Assembly: GCF_009914755.1 (NCBI RefSeq)
Contig: NC_060938.1
Source: the human T2T-CHM13v2.0 reference genome, Homo sapiens
Direction: 5' to 3' (one strand)
Length of the DNA: 64,000 nt
The position numbers and the translations under genes are program-made. The notes under the pieces are model-generated. The model saw nothing but the letters and a program-made list of their open reading frames with translations. It had not been told where the DNA came from and did no database searches. Of the stretch, positions 1 to 15,016 are shown piece after piece; within the stretch, counting starts at the first letter, position 1; each line of letters opens with the position of its first letter.

Positions 1-161
1 ATTTTAAAACAACAACAACAACAACAAAGTAGGTGTTCTGGGGATCCTGGGATGGAATGCAGAATGTCATAAAAAATCTGAAGTACTACAAATGTATAGA
101 GCCACTTCACTCTAGGGAGTGGGAAAAACGTGCTGACATAAGCATCTTAGAAAATGGATGA

Positions 162-484
<323 letters not shown>

Positions 485-499
485 AGAAAATGCATGAAG

Positions 500-910
500 A
501 CTGAAAGGAAGAGAAACTGCAAACAACTCACGTGATCTGTTTGGTATAGCTGTTTCCTACAGGAAATGGGATAGCGATTCTGAGATTGATAGAGAATAAA
601 TGTATATTGGAACTAGACAGTTAAGCAAACGGATGACAAATGACAGGAGCCTGGTTTCTCACTATTAAAGTGGGAGGTTACATGTAAGCAAGGGGAGAAG
701 GCCGGAATGATCATGTGATAAAAGAATTGACATCAGTATGAACTAACACACACATTACATTTAGAAATATTTATAGTTATGTCTATACACAGCTTTGTAT
801 ACACACATTTATTTCTTTGCTCTGTAAGCTAAGACAGTGTAGAACCAATGATATCCCAGTAGAAATGAGCATATCTAACACTCAAGTCTTCAATTCTTGG
901 GTTTTTGTTC
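500..910 (+). mobile_element. Old L1M (L1MC/MD-like) 3' region
   Basis: Resembles recalled L1MC/MD 3'UTR motifs. It probably continues from 1-148. Boundaries approximate. Confidence 0.45.
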
Positions 911-1160
911 ATGACCCGGGATCCAGGAGTTGGGCCCTGGGGCTGGGCATTGTGTAGCCTCCGGGATGGTGCTGAGCATCCATTCCCACTCTCCTGCAGC
1001 TGGAGACCCATCCCTTGACTTGCGCCCCCTGGAGGCAAGAACATGGTCACCCACTTTAATCACATGGTCCCTATCACATAACCAGAGGGCGCTGTGGGTT
1101 TTAACTCTTCAAGCTTGATGTGTAAAGAATTCGACATAGATATGATATAGTGACTAGAAG

Positions 1161-1556
1161 TCTTTTATTTATTTATTTTGAGAGAGAGAGTCTCTGTTGC
1201 CCAGGCTTGGAGTGCAGCAGCACAAACAAACAATAACCAAAATCCAGAAGACTGAAAAAGTCAAATGCTGTCAAGGATGTGGAGCAACAGGACCTTTCAT
1301 TCCTTGTTTGTGGCACAATCAGTTTACTGTACCCAGGAACTCCCGGGTCCAAGTGATCCTCCCACAACCAATCTCCCAAGTAGCTGGGGCCACAGGCATG
1401 CACCACCATGCCTGGCTGACTGGTTTTATTTTTATAGAGATGAAGTTTCCCTGTGTTGTCTAAGCTGGTCTCAAACTCCTGGGATCAAATGATCGTCCTA
1501 TCATCTCGGTCTCCCAAAGTGCTGTAAGTACAGGCATGAGGTCCTGCACCCAGCCT
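1161..1556 (-). mobile_element. AluJ-like, interrupted by an ~85-bp L1M fragment
   Basis: T-rich tail at 1161, diverged Alu arms, non-Alu insert at 1226-1309. Confidence 0.85.
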
Positions 1557-1939
1557 GGAAGTCTTTATAGATAAGTTCAATTTAACTGTTTCTCCATCTG
1601 CTCTACTCAGCCAAGTTTACCTCTCAGTCCAAGGGAGAGAACTGCAGCTCAGCCCCATCCAGGATGGCTGCAGATTACCCAGCGCCACCGCCATACTCCA
1701 GATGCTGGTCAACGAGGAAGGGATCCTGAGGCCTGGCAGCTGGCGCTCTCAGCAATCTTGAAGCCCTCTAAATGGGACCCGCCATCCGTGCCTGTCAGAA
1801 CTGTAGCCACTACCTGCACTTGGCACACAGGCAAATATGGCCAAGCAACCCCAAACTCCCCTCTTCCCCTCTGGGCCCAGGCAGCGCTGAACCTGCCACT
1901 CAGCCCCATACTGGCGACTGCACAGTCCCCAGAGTCTGC

Positions 1940-2510
1940 AAACCAGCGCTCAGGGCGCGAGCCAAGGAAGAGCAGGGCCTAGAGTGGGAGGGCGTGTGCC
2001 ACACGGCGACCCTCAGGCCGTCGGGCCCAGCCCTGCAGCCTCTACTGTGGGCTCAGCTGCAGCTGGCATTTGAAGGTGGCAGCAGCGGTGGCAACCCCAG
2101 AACCTGTCCATGCCATCAGCAGGCGAACCCCAGGGTCGGACACCGCCACTGCGCCTAAGTCAGGCAGTGGGACCTCAGTTGCAGGAGGGTGGGAACCTGC
2201 CGCAAAACCTCATGGCCACAGCTCTACAGGGCCCAGTGGTGGCGAACCTGCGCTGCCAGCGCGAGCCGAGGAAGAGCAGAGCCCTGGGTGGAAGGGCGAT
2301 GTACTCGGCGATGCTCAGTGGTCTGGGCCCAGCCCTGTAGCCTCTACCATGGGCTCAGCTGCAGCTGCCACCTGAACATGGCACGTGGCAGCAGAGGCTG
2401 CAACCCCGACCCTGCCAGCGCCACCAGCAGCGTGGATACTTGGGCCAGAAGCCTCCAGGGCGCCTAAGTCAGGGGTTGGGTCCTGGCTGCAGGAGGGCGG
2501 GAACCGATGC
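1940..2510. repeat. Diverged ~305-bp GC-rich tandem duplication
   Basis: gcgcgagcc..gaagagcag at ~1956 and ~2259. gcgcctaagtcagg at 2151 and 2460. Confidence 0.8.
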
Positions 2511-2977
2511 TCAGCGCCACCCCAGAGGCTGCACGATGCCCGGCTCCAGGGCCCAGCTCCTGGATCTCAGGTTGAAGAGGGGCCAGGGGCGGCTCTGCCA
2601 AGCAGGCCATGTGGCAGGGAGTCCCCCACCTTCCGCTCCAGGGAGCCTCGCCAGCCTGACAGCGCCTCAGTGGCAGGTGCCACCTGCACGCGGTGCTGGG
2701 CGAAGCGCAGTCAGGGCCGTTTCCCGCCTCGCATGTCTCCCCGGTCTGCTGAGTTGCGCATGCGCTGTTTCCTAATGGTTCTGCTCAGCTGCCTAATGGT
2801 TTTGCACAGCCCTTTTCTCCCAGGTGAGGCTGGAGTGTCCAAAAGCTTGGCCCGACTGAGATTTCTACTGGTGTCAGGGCGGGTGCGGGGACTGAAGAAG
2901 GGCAAGGGCGAGCGGCGGGGACTGGGAAAGGGCGAGCAGCGGGAGGTGCGGGCGCTCTCTAGCAGGTGGCTGCAGCC

Positions 2978-3195
2978 ATGGAGAGGCTCTCTGCCGCCGC
3001 TGTCAAGGGCCAGACGGGCCTGGAGTGCCCGAGCCCCTTCAGTCAGCTGGTCTACACCAATAATGACTCTTAAGTGATTCACCATGGGGATCTCAGGAAG
3101 ATCCACAAAGCTGCCTCCCGGGGCCAAGCCTGGAAGCTGGAGAGGATGATGAAGAAAACGACAATGGACCCGAACATAAGAGATGCGAAGAAGAG
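2978..3195 (+). pseudogene. Exon 1 (coding part) with premature TAA at codon 32
   Basis: gccATGg at 2978, TAA at 3071-3073, donor AG|GTACC at 3196. Confidence 0.92.
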
Positions 3196-3962
3196 GTACC
3201 AGACAGTGCCTGAGCCGGGGCTGCAGGAGGAGGAGGCGGCTGTGGGAGGATCGCCCATTCAGAGTGGGGGCTGGGGGTCCTGGGGACGAGGGGAGCAGGT
3301 GGAGGAGTGGCGGGCAGCGGGGCGGCCGTCCTGAGCCCCGAGGTCTTGACCTTCTTCCCGGGCAGGCCCCCCAGGCCTTGGATGGGGGCGCCCTGCAGGG
3401 CGGAGGGCCCAGGCCACCTTAAAATCAACCCCAAACTTTAGTTAGCTGCTTTCTCCTTCACTCCCACTTCCTCTCACAGAGCACTGTGTAGAGTATTTTA
3501 AAGTGATTTAACTTACAAATTTAAGTACATACAGGGTTTTACTTTTAATGTACAGGTTTTAAAAGATAATGTTAGATACATTATGAAATGGTGCGTAATG
3601 AAATAATTCCCATAATATATTAACTTCTTGGCTAAAAATTTTTTGGATAAAGTCCAGTATCCATTTCAATATCAATGAATGCCTACGTAAATATGTTCTT
3701 TGCTGAGGGACCTTAGAAGGTAACTTTGAGGTGGGAAGATGGTTTATGTTTTCGAATTTAAGAAGACTCATTTTTCTCAAGATGCAAGCTCTTCATCAGT
3801 TTTACATAAACCAAACAAAGTTATCAACATTTTAACATTTTTAAAATTACACACGCTGTCTTTTACTATTGTGATGACATTTAAAAAATTTTGTAACGGA
3901 GTAGAAAAGTCTTGCCCTTCTAGATTTCAAAATGTGCTATTAATTTGCACAAAATGGGCCAC

Positions 3963-4596
<634 letters not shown>

Positions 4597-7264
4597 TCAC
4601 AAATTATTTGATAACAGCTGAAAAGACAGGTAAATGAATACAACAGAATAGAAAATCCAGAAACACCCAAATATCTAAGAATTTAGAACTTTATACTAGT
4701 AGGGAAAGAATTAGTTTCATAAGCGAAATGCCTACTTTTTGGAGAAAACTAGATTTTTATACCACAAGGTAAATTTCTGACGGAATACAGATTAAATTTT
4801 TTTAATATACAAAATGATAAAAGCACCAGAAGAAAATATAAATGCCGATTTACACAGGTACATTTTTATGTTGACAACACCTTTCTAAGAAGCTCAGAAG
4901 CAAGCAATCTGAAGGACAATTAAGCAAAACAAAATTAAATTAACCTGTAATGAGAAAAAATAAAAGGCAGCATACTTGTAAAATGTTTACTGCACATGTA
5001 TGTGCGTGTGTATATATATATTAGATTTAAAAATCGTCATTTTATAGATAATTCACTTAAATCAACAAAAAACCCTCTAATTTAAAATTGAGCAATTCAA
5101 ATTAGAGATCTAAATTGCAGATCTAAAAATAGTACTTCGCTTCTAATTTAAAATTGGGAAAGTATTTTCTTAAGATCTGTAAGTGACCTATGCACATAGA
5201 AAACAATATTTAGCTTTCCTGGTTAGAGAAGGTATTTAAGTTAAAAGAGGAATCAAATACTGTTTTCTATCTACAAAATTTGTGAGGAAAAAGAGCAGTG
5301 ATATTTATAATGCTATTTAAAGTTTAAGTTGCAGATAACTTTTCAAGTAGACAATTTGGTGGTAAGTACCATATTATTAAGAAGAATCCACATAATGGCT
5401 TTTATAAATACACTTCAGTGAATTTACAGCATGGGATAATATGTGACCACTGAAGGTAGAAATATGTAGAGAAGTAGGTGACATTTGAAAATATATTTTG
5501 GTGTATCAAGTGAGGGTAAAGTTCAGTTTGATTATACATACACACAGACTACAGTCTTGTGTTATCTGAAATTGTGTATGAAATACGATAAAATTTGTTA
5601 TTTGAGGGCATTGGTTTTAATATAAAATGTTTTTCCTTTTTATTATCTTTGATTTCCACATTGAGCATGTACAATGCTATTAGAAAAAGTTTATTATTAA
5701 AGAAATAATTTTTAAGAAGAGCAAGAATATAATTTTGCAGCAGTAAAAATTATTTCTCACCTTCCATATTTTAATTATTATTTTTTGTGGATTAGTATAT
5801 TCTGTGAACTTTTAGCATCTTCAAAAGACAATCTTTTTACCTGTGCTTGTTGATTTACATATACATCTTATTAGGCATATATTTTTATTATATATAGATT
5901 TATTACATATATGTCAATAATTATAGATTAGTGTACTTTTATTATTAAGAAAACAAAATAGAAAATATAAGTGTTTTATAGCAGTTTTTTTAAGGTATTG
6001 AACTTCTCAACTGTATTTATCCTTTTAATCAGTTTATCACATGTAAGCTGAATGCCTATTATGTATAAGATACATTAACTCTCAAGATCCTTTCATCCTT
6101 AAAAATTTTACATTTACCTGCTCAGCCTTAGCAAAGTGAGAGATTTAAAGTTGGAGTACTGGGACTGAATCTCAATTGAAGCTTTTCCTCTCTTCTTTAA
6201 AACAAAAACACTTCTGAAGTGAGAAACTAGTAAAAGATAACTACCAACCACGATTTCAGAATTTTATAACAGCTTTAAATAGTAATATTAATCATTGGAA
6301 ATACCTAATTTACATGCAGTCTATAAATTTAAATATGAATTTACATACATTCTGTAAATCTAAATATGGAATAAAATGAGCCATACCTACTTGAATCCCA
6401 AGTTTTCTTTGGCTTGAAGTTTTAAAAATATTGAAGTAGTACTTTGTTTTAACAGTTTGTTTTTATTTCAACTCCCCTTTTGTGTAGCACTCTTAAAAGC
6501 TAAAATTTCTTTAAGTGTTAATCCTATGACTAGGACTGCCATCATCCTGTTTTATATACTGCATTCCACTTCATGGAAGGCATCATGAATTGTGTGATGC
6601 CTCCTTATTTATGTACCAATAAAAGATTCTTTAAATTTCTGCAAAATGTACTTGTAATAAATAATGACTTATAAGTGGCATTTCAATGTCAGAGATGTTA
6701 AAATATGAGAAATAGAGTATCTTAGAATTATTAAAATACAGTTTTATCTCTAACCTTTAAAACATATCACAACGTAGGCATAACTGTACCATTTTACTTA
6801 AAATGTTTTCTTTGTTAAGTAGTAGAAATAATTACAATATCTAACAATTACTGAGCTGTTACATGTGCTAGGAATTCTTTGAAATACATTGCACAGATTC
6901 TCATGAGGCATCACAGTGATGTCCTGTGAGATAACTGCTGTATTCATCTTCACTTTATTGATGAGAAAATTGAGGCACAGAAAGGTTAAGTGATAGCTAG
7001 AAGGTGAAAGACTTTAAAGTAATATTCAAGCTCAAGTTGAACTGAATCCAAAGGCCAAGCTCTTTCTATTCAAATAGGCCACTCTTTCATTAATGTAGTG
7101 AGTAAGAAGAGTGAATGAATGTTGTTCTTTCTTCAGGAGAATATTAAATATTTGTTTTGAAGGCAGAGAAAGAGAATGGTATTTAATGTTGACAATTACA
7201 TAAATCATTATATGCTTTGAGACAGTGGACTAAACTTTCCTAAAAAGTCCTCTCACTCTCGTAG

Positions 7265-7379
7265 GACTGCACTACACTGGGCCTGTGCCAATGGCCATGC
7301 AGAAGTAGTAACACTTCTGGTAGATAGAAAGTGCCAGCTTGACGTCCTTGATGGTGAAAACGGGACACCTCTGATGAAG
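7265..7379 (+). pseudogene. Exon 2 (115 bp, ankyrin repeat TALHWACANGHAEVV); donor mutated
   Basis: Acceptor ctctcgtag. The intron begins GAAAAT instead of GT. Confidence 0.92.
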
Positions 7380-7541
7380 GAAAATGGTAGCCAGTTCTTT
7401 CAGCAGGAGATGGATTTGGTTTAAATACATAGAATAAAAATGAATGTATCTCATTGAAATATAACTAGTTTGTGAAACCTGTGGAATATTTATTTATATT
7501 TCCTATAATTTATAATTTACTTCTTGCTTTAATACTGACAG

Positions 7542-7715
7542 GCTGTGCAATGCCAGAGGGAAGTTTGTGCAAATATTCTCATAGATTCTGGTGCTGATCC
7601 AAATATTGTAGATGTGTATGTCAACACAGCTGTCCATTATGCTGTTTATGGTGAGAATTTGTCAGTGGTGGCAAAATTGCTGTCCTGTGGTGCAGACATC
7701 AAAGTGAAGAACAAG
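7542..7715 (+). pseudogene. Exon 3 (174 bp, ankyrin repeats)
   Basis: AVQCQREVCANILIDSGADPNIVD...KNK, AG/GT intact. Confidence 0.93.
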
Positions 7716-8750
7716 GTAGAAGTTAACCAATGTTATTTTCAAAATATTTGAAATTCATTTGTTTTAACATTAACATATGTAAATTGTTTTATATTTGGAA
7801 GCTCAAACATTCCTATTTTTCTATGAAAATAGTTTGACAAAACTTAATTGTCTAGGATTTTGCTTTAAATATTATTATTTTTACAAGAACTATTAGTATG
7901 GCTTTTCTGTGCATTATGATAAATATTTGAGTTTGTTAAAGGTAAAATTTTTCAAATATTCTTTCCCACCTGTTTTTTTTTTCTTTCCTGTTAGCATAAA
8001 ACTACAGGAAAGTAAAATTTGCCTGCATAAATTGAGTCAACATGTAAAATTTAGGAGACATGCAGAAATCTGGATTTCCTCTTAAAGGATTGAATCTGGT
8101 GTCTCTTGAGCCTGTATGACTGTTTGGTATGCTATGAAGACATTCTAACTTTACATAAAGCATATGTTTCCAGTTTGCTACTGTGTCCACCTAGTTACAT
8201 CACTTATTCAACTTACCTCTTTTGCCTCTGTAAATATTTCAGTTATCAATTCCTCTCTCATAGTATATTTTGATAAAGATTTCAAGTTATTGAAGACAGT
8301 TTACAGGTGTTTATAATATATAGTTTATATTTTACATTAATTCATTAGTAATGGGGTTGTCTTCTAGAATTTAGAATATTTTTTAAATGATGATTTTTCT
8401 TCATATAAACCATAAATAATCATTTTCTATTAGAAGGCCTTTAAGCTTTTTTAGATTAATCATGTTTATATTTGAATAGGTTATGCAAATTGCAGAAAAT
8501 ATTATATCTTTCTCCACAGAATTGTCCCTTAAAATTCAAGCGATTTAGTGGCTTCTATTTTGCTAATCCATATACATGAGTTAGAACTTTCATTAATAAG
8601 CCATTTTATTCATACTTCTGATATTTTCCCAAAAAATAGTATCAATTACAATAGAAACCGGAATAAAAATGGATTATTGCATTTTAAGAAGTGGATATGC
8701 ATTAGGATCCTAGGAGTATCATTATAATTGAGAATAAACTTTTATACTGA

Positions 8751-9063
<313 letters not shown>

Positions 9064-9912
9064 TTTTATACTGAATTTCTAATAGCTTAGATAAAATCCT
9101 ATTTTCTGGTAATAGGATAAACCCCATGGACCATTTAATAATAAACAATCAAAGTTTATTTGAAGCCAATCTCTTTTAATTTAGAGCCACTTCCTTAGTG
9201 ACCCATTTAGAGCAGGAGTGCCTGACATTGTCATCTGGAATCTTGGGATCATTGAGAGAAGAGAATCAAGTAAGTTTGTATCACCCAGAGGAAACCTCCA
9301 TTTTTGGGGGGAAGCTTTCAAAACTGCATCCCTGAAATTCTAATTTGTCAAATGTTAATGTTTGCCACAAAAATATACTGTCAAATAAGGATTAGGTAAA
9401 GTTCAATTCATTTCTTGAATAATGAACATTTAATTCACAGTTTTATAACATTTCTTGAAAATAGATAATGGTGGAATCTGTTGGGGTACAATGATTCTGG
9501 TAAGGTAATTATTCTTTGGAATATAGTTGAAGAAACACTGTTCTAGAGGTAATAATTTAGATTACTAATTTAGTAAAAAACAAAGTATTTACTACTATGT
9601 CTTAGGGTTTAAGGATATAAAGGTAAAAGATATAGCCCCTGCCCTCAAGAAGCTCCTGGTTTAAATGGGAAACAATAAAATCATTACAATATAATGATTT
9701 TTGGAGATAACCGGAGTTAATGTGGTGATGCAGAGGCTGAATGTTTACAAGAGAAGGTGCAGTGCATGGGAAAGCACAGAAAAGTGAGAAAGAAGGGATT
9801 GCTATTGATTTACTTTCCATTGTTTAAGTTCATAGGATATTATATAAGGTATTCAGTTCAGCTGAGAAATATGTAATTTCATGAATTATAAATGGTTTTT
9901 GCTGTTTTACAG

Positions 9913-10025
9913 GCTGGCCACACACCACTTTTACTGGCCATAAGGAAAAGAAGTGAGCAAATTGTGGAATTTTTACTGACAAAAAATGCAAATGCAAATG
10001 CAAATTCAGTTGATAAGTTTAAATG
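9913..10025 (+). pseudogene. Exon 4 (113 bp, ankyrin repeat)
   Basis: AGHTPLLLAIRKRSEQIVEFLLTKNANANANSVDKFK, AG/GT intact. Confidence 0.93.
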
Positions 10026-10420
10026 GTATAGTAGTTTTTTTTATTAAAAAACACTTGAGTAGTGTGCTAGAGTAATAACACTCGTCAGAAATATTAAATT
10101 AATAACATTTACTTAAAATTATTAGATTATACAGAAAAATACCAACACAAATTATCAGTTAGGAAGAAAAGCAATTATTTGGACTGGTCAACATAAAGAA
10201 CAGTATATAGTAGGATTTTCTTCTTTTGTTATATTGACTGATTCTTATTTGTAATCTGATGTTTTTGGTTGCATTATCTTCTATTAGCTAAAGTGGTTCT
10301 GTATTAGTTTTAAGAAGTATGAATTTTTAGTTTACTTTATAATTCAATATTGAATGATTAACACCTTTATAGTATTTTTCTAACTTCTGTTTTTCATACA
10401 CTTTTTAAAAATGCAATATT

Positions 10421-10598
10421 TGCTGGGCATGATAGCTGTCATCTGTTATCCCAGCACTTTGGGAGGCCAAGTGGGTAGATCACCTGAGGCCAGGAATTTG
10501 AGACCAGCCTAGCCAACATGGTAAAAGCCCATCTCTATGAAAAATATAAAAATTAGCCAAGCATGGTGGCACATGCCTATAGTCCCAGCTACTCAGGA
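10421..10598 (+). mobile_element. 3'-truncated Alu
   Basis: Left arm plus the start of the right arm. Confidence 0.9.
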
Positions 10599-10992
10599 CA
10601 AATATTATTCCTAATATTGTTTTAAGTCTTCAGATTGCTCTCACTTGTCCGACTTCTAGCTAATTTTGAAGTACAAAATATTATATCAAACTAAGGAGGA
10701 AATAGATAATTCTCCACTTAAAACTTTGCCTCTTTTAGATTAGTGAACAGAACATATTTTCTTGCCCCTCAGTGGACTTTATGTTAGCCAATTCTACTAT
10801 GCCATATCCCAGTGAGACATGAGTATTTTCACCCCTTCCTTTTAGCCTTGGTCGTGATTTACAAGGATAAACACTTGAGCACTCAAGATACTTAACATTT
10901 GTTAATACATGTAAATGGTTAATTCTACACTGACAGGCACATATTAAATTGGTTCTGTTCCTAATAATGAAGTTATCTCTTTGTTATTTTAG

Positions 10993-11130
10993 CACAGCCC
11001 TCATGCTTGCCATATGTCATGGATCATCAGAGATAGTTGGCATGGTTCTTCAGCAAAATGTTGACATCTGTGCTGTAGATACGTGTGGAATGATTGCAGA
11101 ACGTTATGCTGTTGCTTGTGGATTTAATCT
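10993..11130 (+). pseudogene. Exon 5 (138 bp, ankyrin repeat)
   Basis: TALMLAICHGSSEIVGMVLQQNVD..., AG/GTAAGT intact. Confidence 0.92.
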
Positions 11131-12336
11131 GTAAGTGTTTACATTTAAAGGTTAGGTGAGATTTTATAGTTTGTTTCAGGTAGTTTTTGAATGACAGTGA
11201 GTTAGTTCACTTCATCAGCCAGAAACTAGGCAAAAAGCTAGACTATTTAGAAGGAGTAATGGCTCCAGGATTCTTTGTTTTAGGGCTTTAGGGATGCAAA
11301 TGTTGTCTACTTGATTTGAAGTATAACCCCTATGCATGGGATAAACATAAAGTCACAATTTTGGTTTTCCTAATTAGTTATTTGGGTCTCAAAATGTCCA
11401 CTTTAAGCAGAAAACCTGATAGTGTCCCCAGGGGGCTGTCTTCCATACCTTCATTCTTGAATTTTTTAAAAGAAACTGAACCTAAGTCCAAGGAAGACAT
11501 TCCTTTTGTACAAGTCAGAAGGATTGGGGGGGAAATGCCCATTCTCTTCATTTTGTTGTTTCCATTGATTCTGTTGCTGCATCGTTGCCATTGAAACTGC
11601 TCCTGCAGTCTGGTAATGATTGACTTTTGTGACCAGGATGCCCTTATTAACACAGATCCCTCAGTCTTCATGGTGTAGACTTTGAAGTTACTACATGTTT
11701 TTAAAATTCACGTACATATTCTTAGCCATTGTTTCCAAAGTACCAGCACCCTACTCTGGCAGCTAGAACTTTTAGCTTTAGCCACACACATAGTGAGCAA
11801 ATTGACCCTTCTCCTCACACCCAAAACCTGATGTGAAACCCACATCTTAGCCTGGGCATGGCCTAGACCTTCATGGTAAGTTATCCTTTGAGTGGCTTTT
11901 TTCTATTTTCTCTAGCCAATATTAGTTGTGGTAGTTTGAAACTGTAAGTCAGGTTGAAATAATGTTACAGGAAGAAATTAGAGATCCATTTTGTCTTTGT
12001 TAACAGATTTATATCCCTGGCCCTTTATATCCTGTGTAGCACCATTTTGTAGGTAGTGGAAAGTCTCACCTTATTCTGTAAAATCCCATGTCATCTTTCC
12101 CAAGTTGTAGTGGGTTCCAACTTGTGGTTGTCCCCTCAAGTGATTCTTTTTTCCTAAAAGTAAAAATCTCCCATGCTACTTACATCTCTACCTCGAGATT
12201 TTAAAATATTTTCAAATGCTGCATCACCATGAAGCCATTCAATAGACTTCACTAAATCTCAAGTAAGTTGGTTAGATTTAACAGAGCTAAGCCTCATCCA
12301 TCACTGATCAGTCTTCACGTATAAAAATAAGGATTT

Positions 12337-12443
12337 GTGCTGGCTTCAGTGGTACATATAGTAAAATTGAAACAACGTTGAGAAGATCAGCACGGTCCCC
12401 ACACAAGGATGACATAGAAATCTGTAAAGTGTTGCATATTTCT
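12337..12443 (+). pseudogene. RNU6: U6 snRNA pseudogene (full length, diverged)
   Basis: gtgctggcttcagtggtacatatagtaaaattg...gagaagatcagcacggtcccc...aaggatgaca...catattt aligns end to end with U6. The ACAGAGA box is mutated. Confidence 0.92.
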
Positions 12444-12837
12444 TACAGTCCCCAAAAGGACATTTTACTACTTTCTAACTAGCTCCAAGGAAACGGTGTG
12501 AGTCAAAGCAAAATGGGTGACACCCAGTATTGCAATTGTGATTTTCATACAAAAAATTATTTATGTAAGGTGGTCTATGAAATGAGATGTGGTAACCCAT
12601 AGGATCTTGTGTGCAATATTTTGTTAGTAGGGATCTCTGAAATGAGAAAATACCAACTTGCATCTTCTTTGTGGAACTTACAAAAAATGAAGGTAGGGTT
12701 TTGTCTTCCACAGCAGCTGGAAATGAACATAGTGACTAAGCGTCATTCTAACAAAGATTTGTTGGTTCAGAATTTAAGGAGGTAGATTAAGAGTAGTAGT
12801 ATTCCAAGCCAGATGCTGACATCTATTAGTTTTCTGC

Positions 12838-14540
<1,703 letters not shown>

Positions 14541-14571
14541 TGATTTGCATTTAGAAAATTAGAATTAATTA

Positions 14572-15016
14572 CAGTTGAGTCTTGAGCAAGATGAGAATTA
14601 GGGTGCTCATCCCCCCATGCAACTGAAAATCTGCTTTATATGAAAATCGGTTTCTTTTGACTCCTCCAAAACTCTACTAATTGTCTACTGTTGACCTGGA
14701 GCCTGAAAAAAGGTGAAAGCAGAAGCAGTCAATTAACCCATAATTTCTATTTTATATGTACTATATACTGTATTCTTAGAATAAAGTGAGCTGGAGAAAA
14801 GAAACTGTTATAAAGAGGAAGAAATATGTTCACTATTTATAAGATGGAAGTGAATTATACATAAAGGACTTCATTCTCATTGCCTTCACATTGAGTAGGC
14901 TGATAAGGAGGAGGCAGAGGAGAGATTTGTCTTGGTATCTTGCAGTGGCAAAGGAAAAGAAAAATCTGTCTATTAGTGGGCTCCTAGAGTGAAAACCCTT
15001 ATTCAAAGATCAACTG
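14572..15016 (+). mobile_element. Tigger2a/MER28-like DNA transposon
   Basis: Termini cagttga...tcaactg, ~445 bp, internal similarity to recalled Tigger2 ends. Confidence 0.75.

Larger units (their letters stand above)
1880..3420. promoter_or_regulatory. GC/CpG-rich island and promoter of the ANKRD30-like locus
   Basis: Abrupt GC- and CpG-rich block spanning exon 1. E2F-type TTTCCCGC at 2720-2727 and NRF1 TGCGCATGCGC at 2755-2765. Confidence 0.8.

Noticed and set aside
1758-3434. Overlapping long ORFs in the GC island, including the 230-aa ORF at 2385-3077
   Set aside because: Expected from stop-codon scarcity in GC-rich DNA. Only the 2978 frame has family homology.
12337-12443. Functional U6 gene
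   Set aside because: Many substitutions including the ACAGAGA box, and no recognisable PSE.
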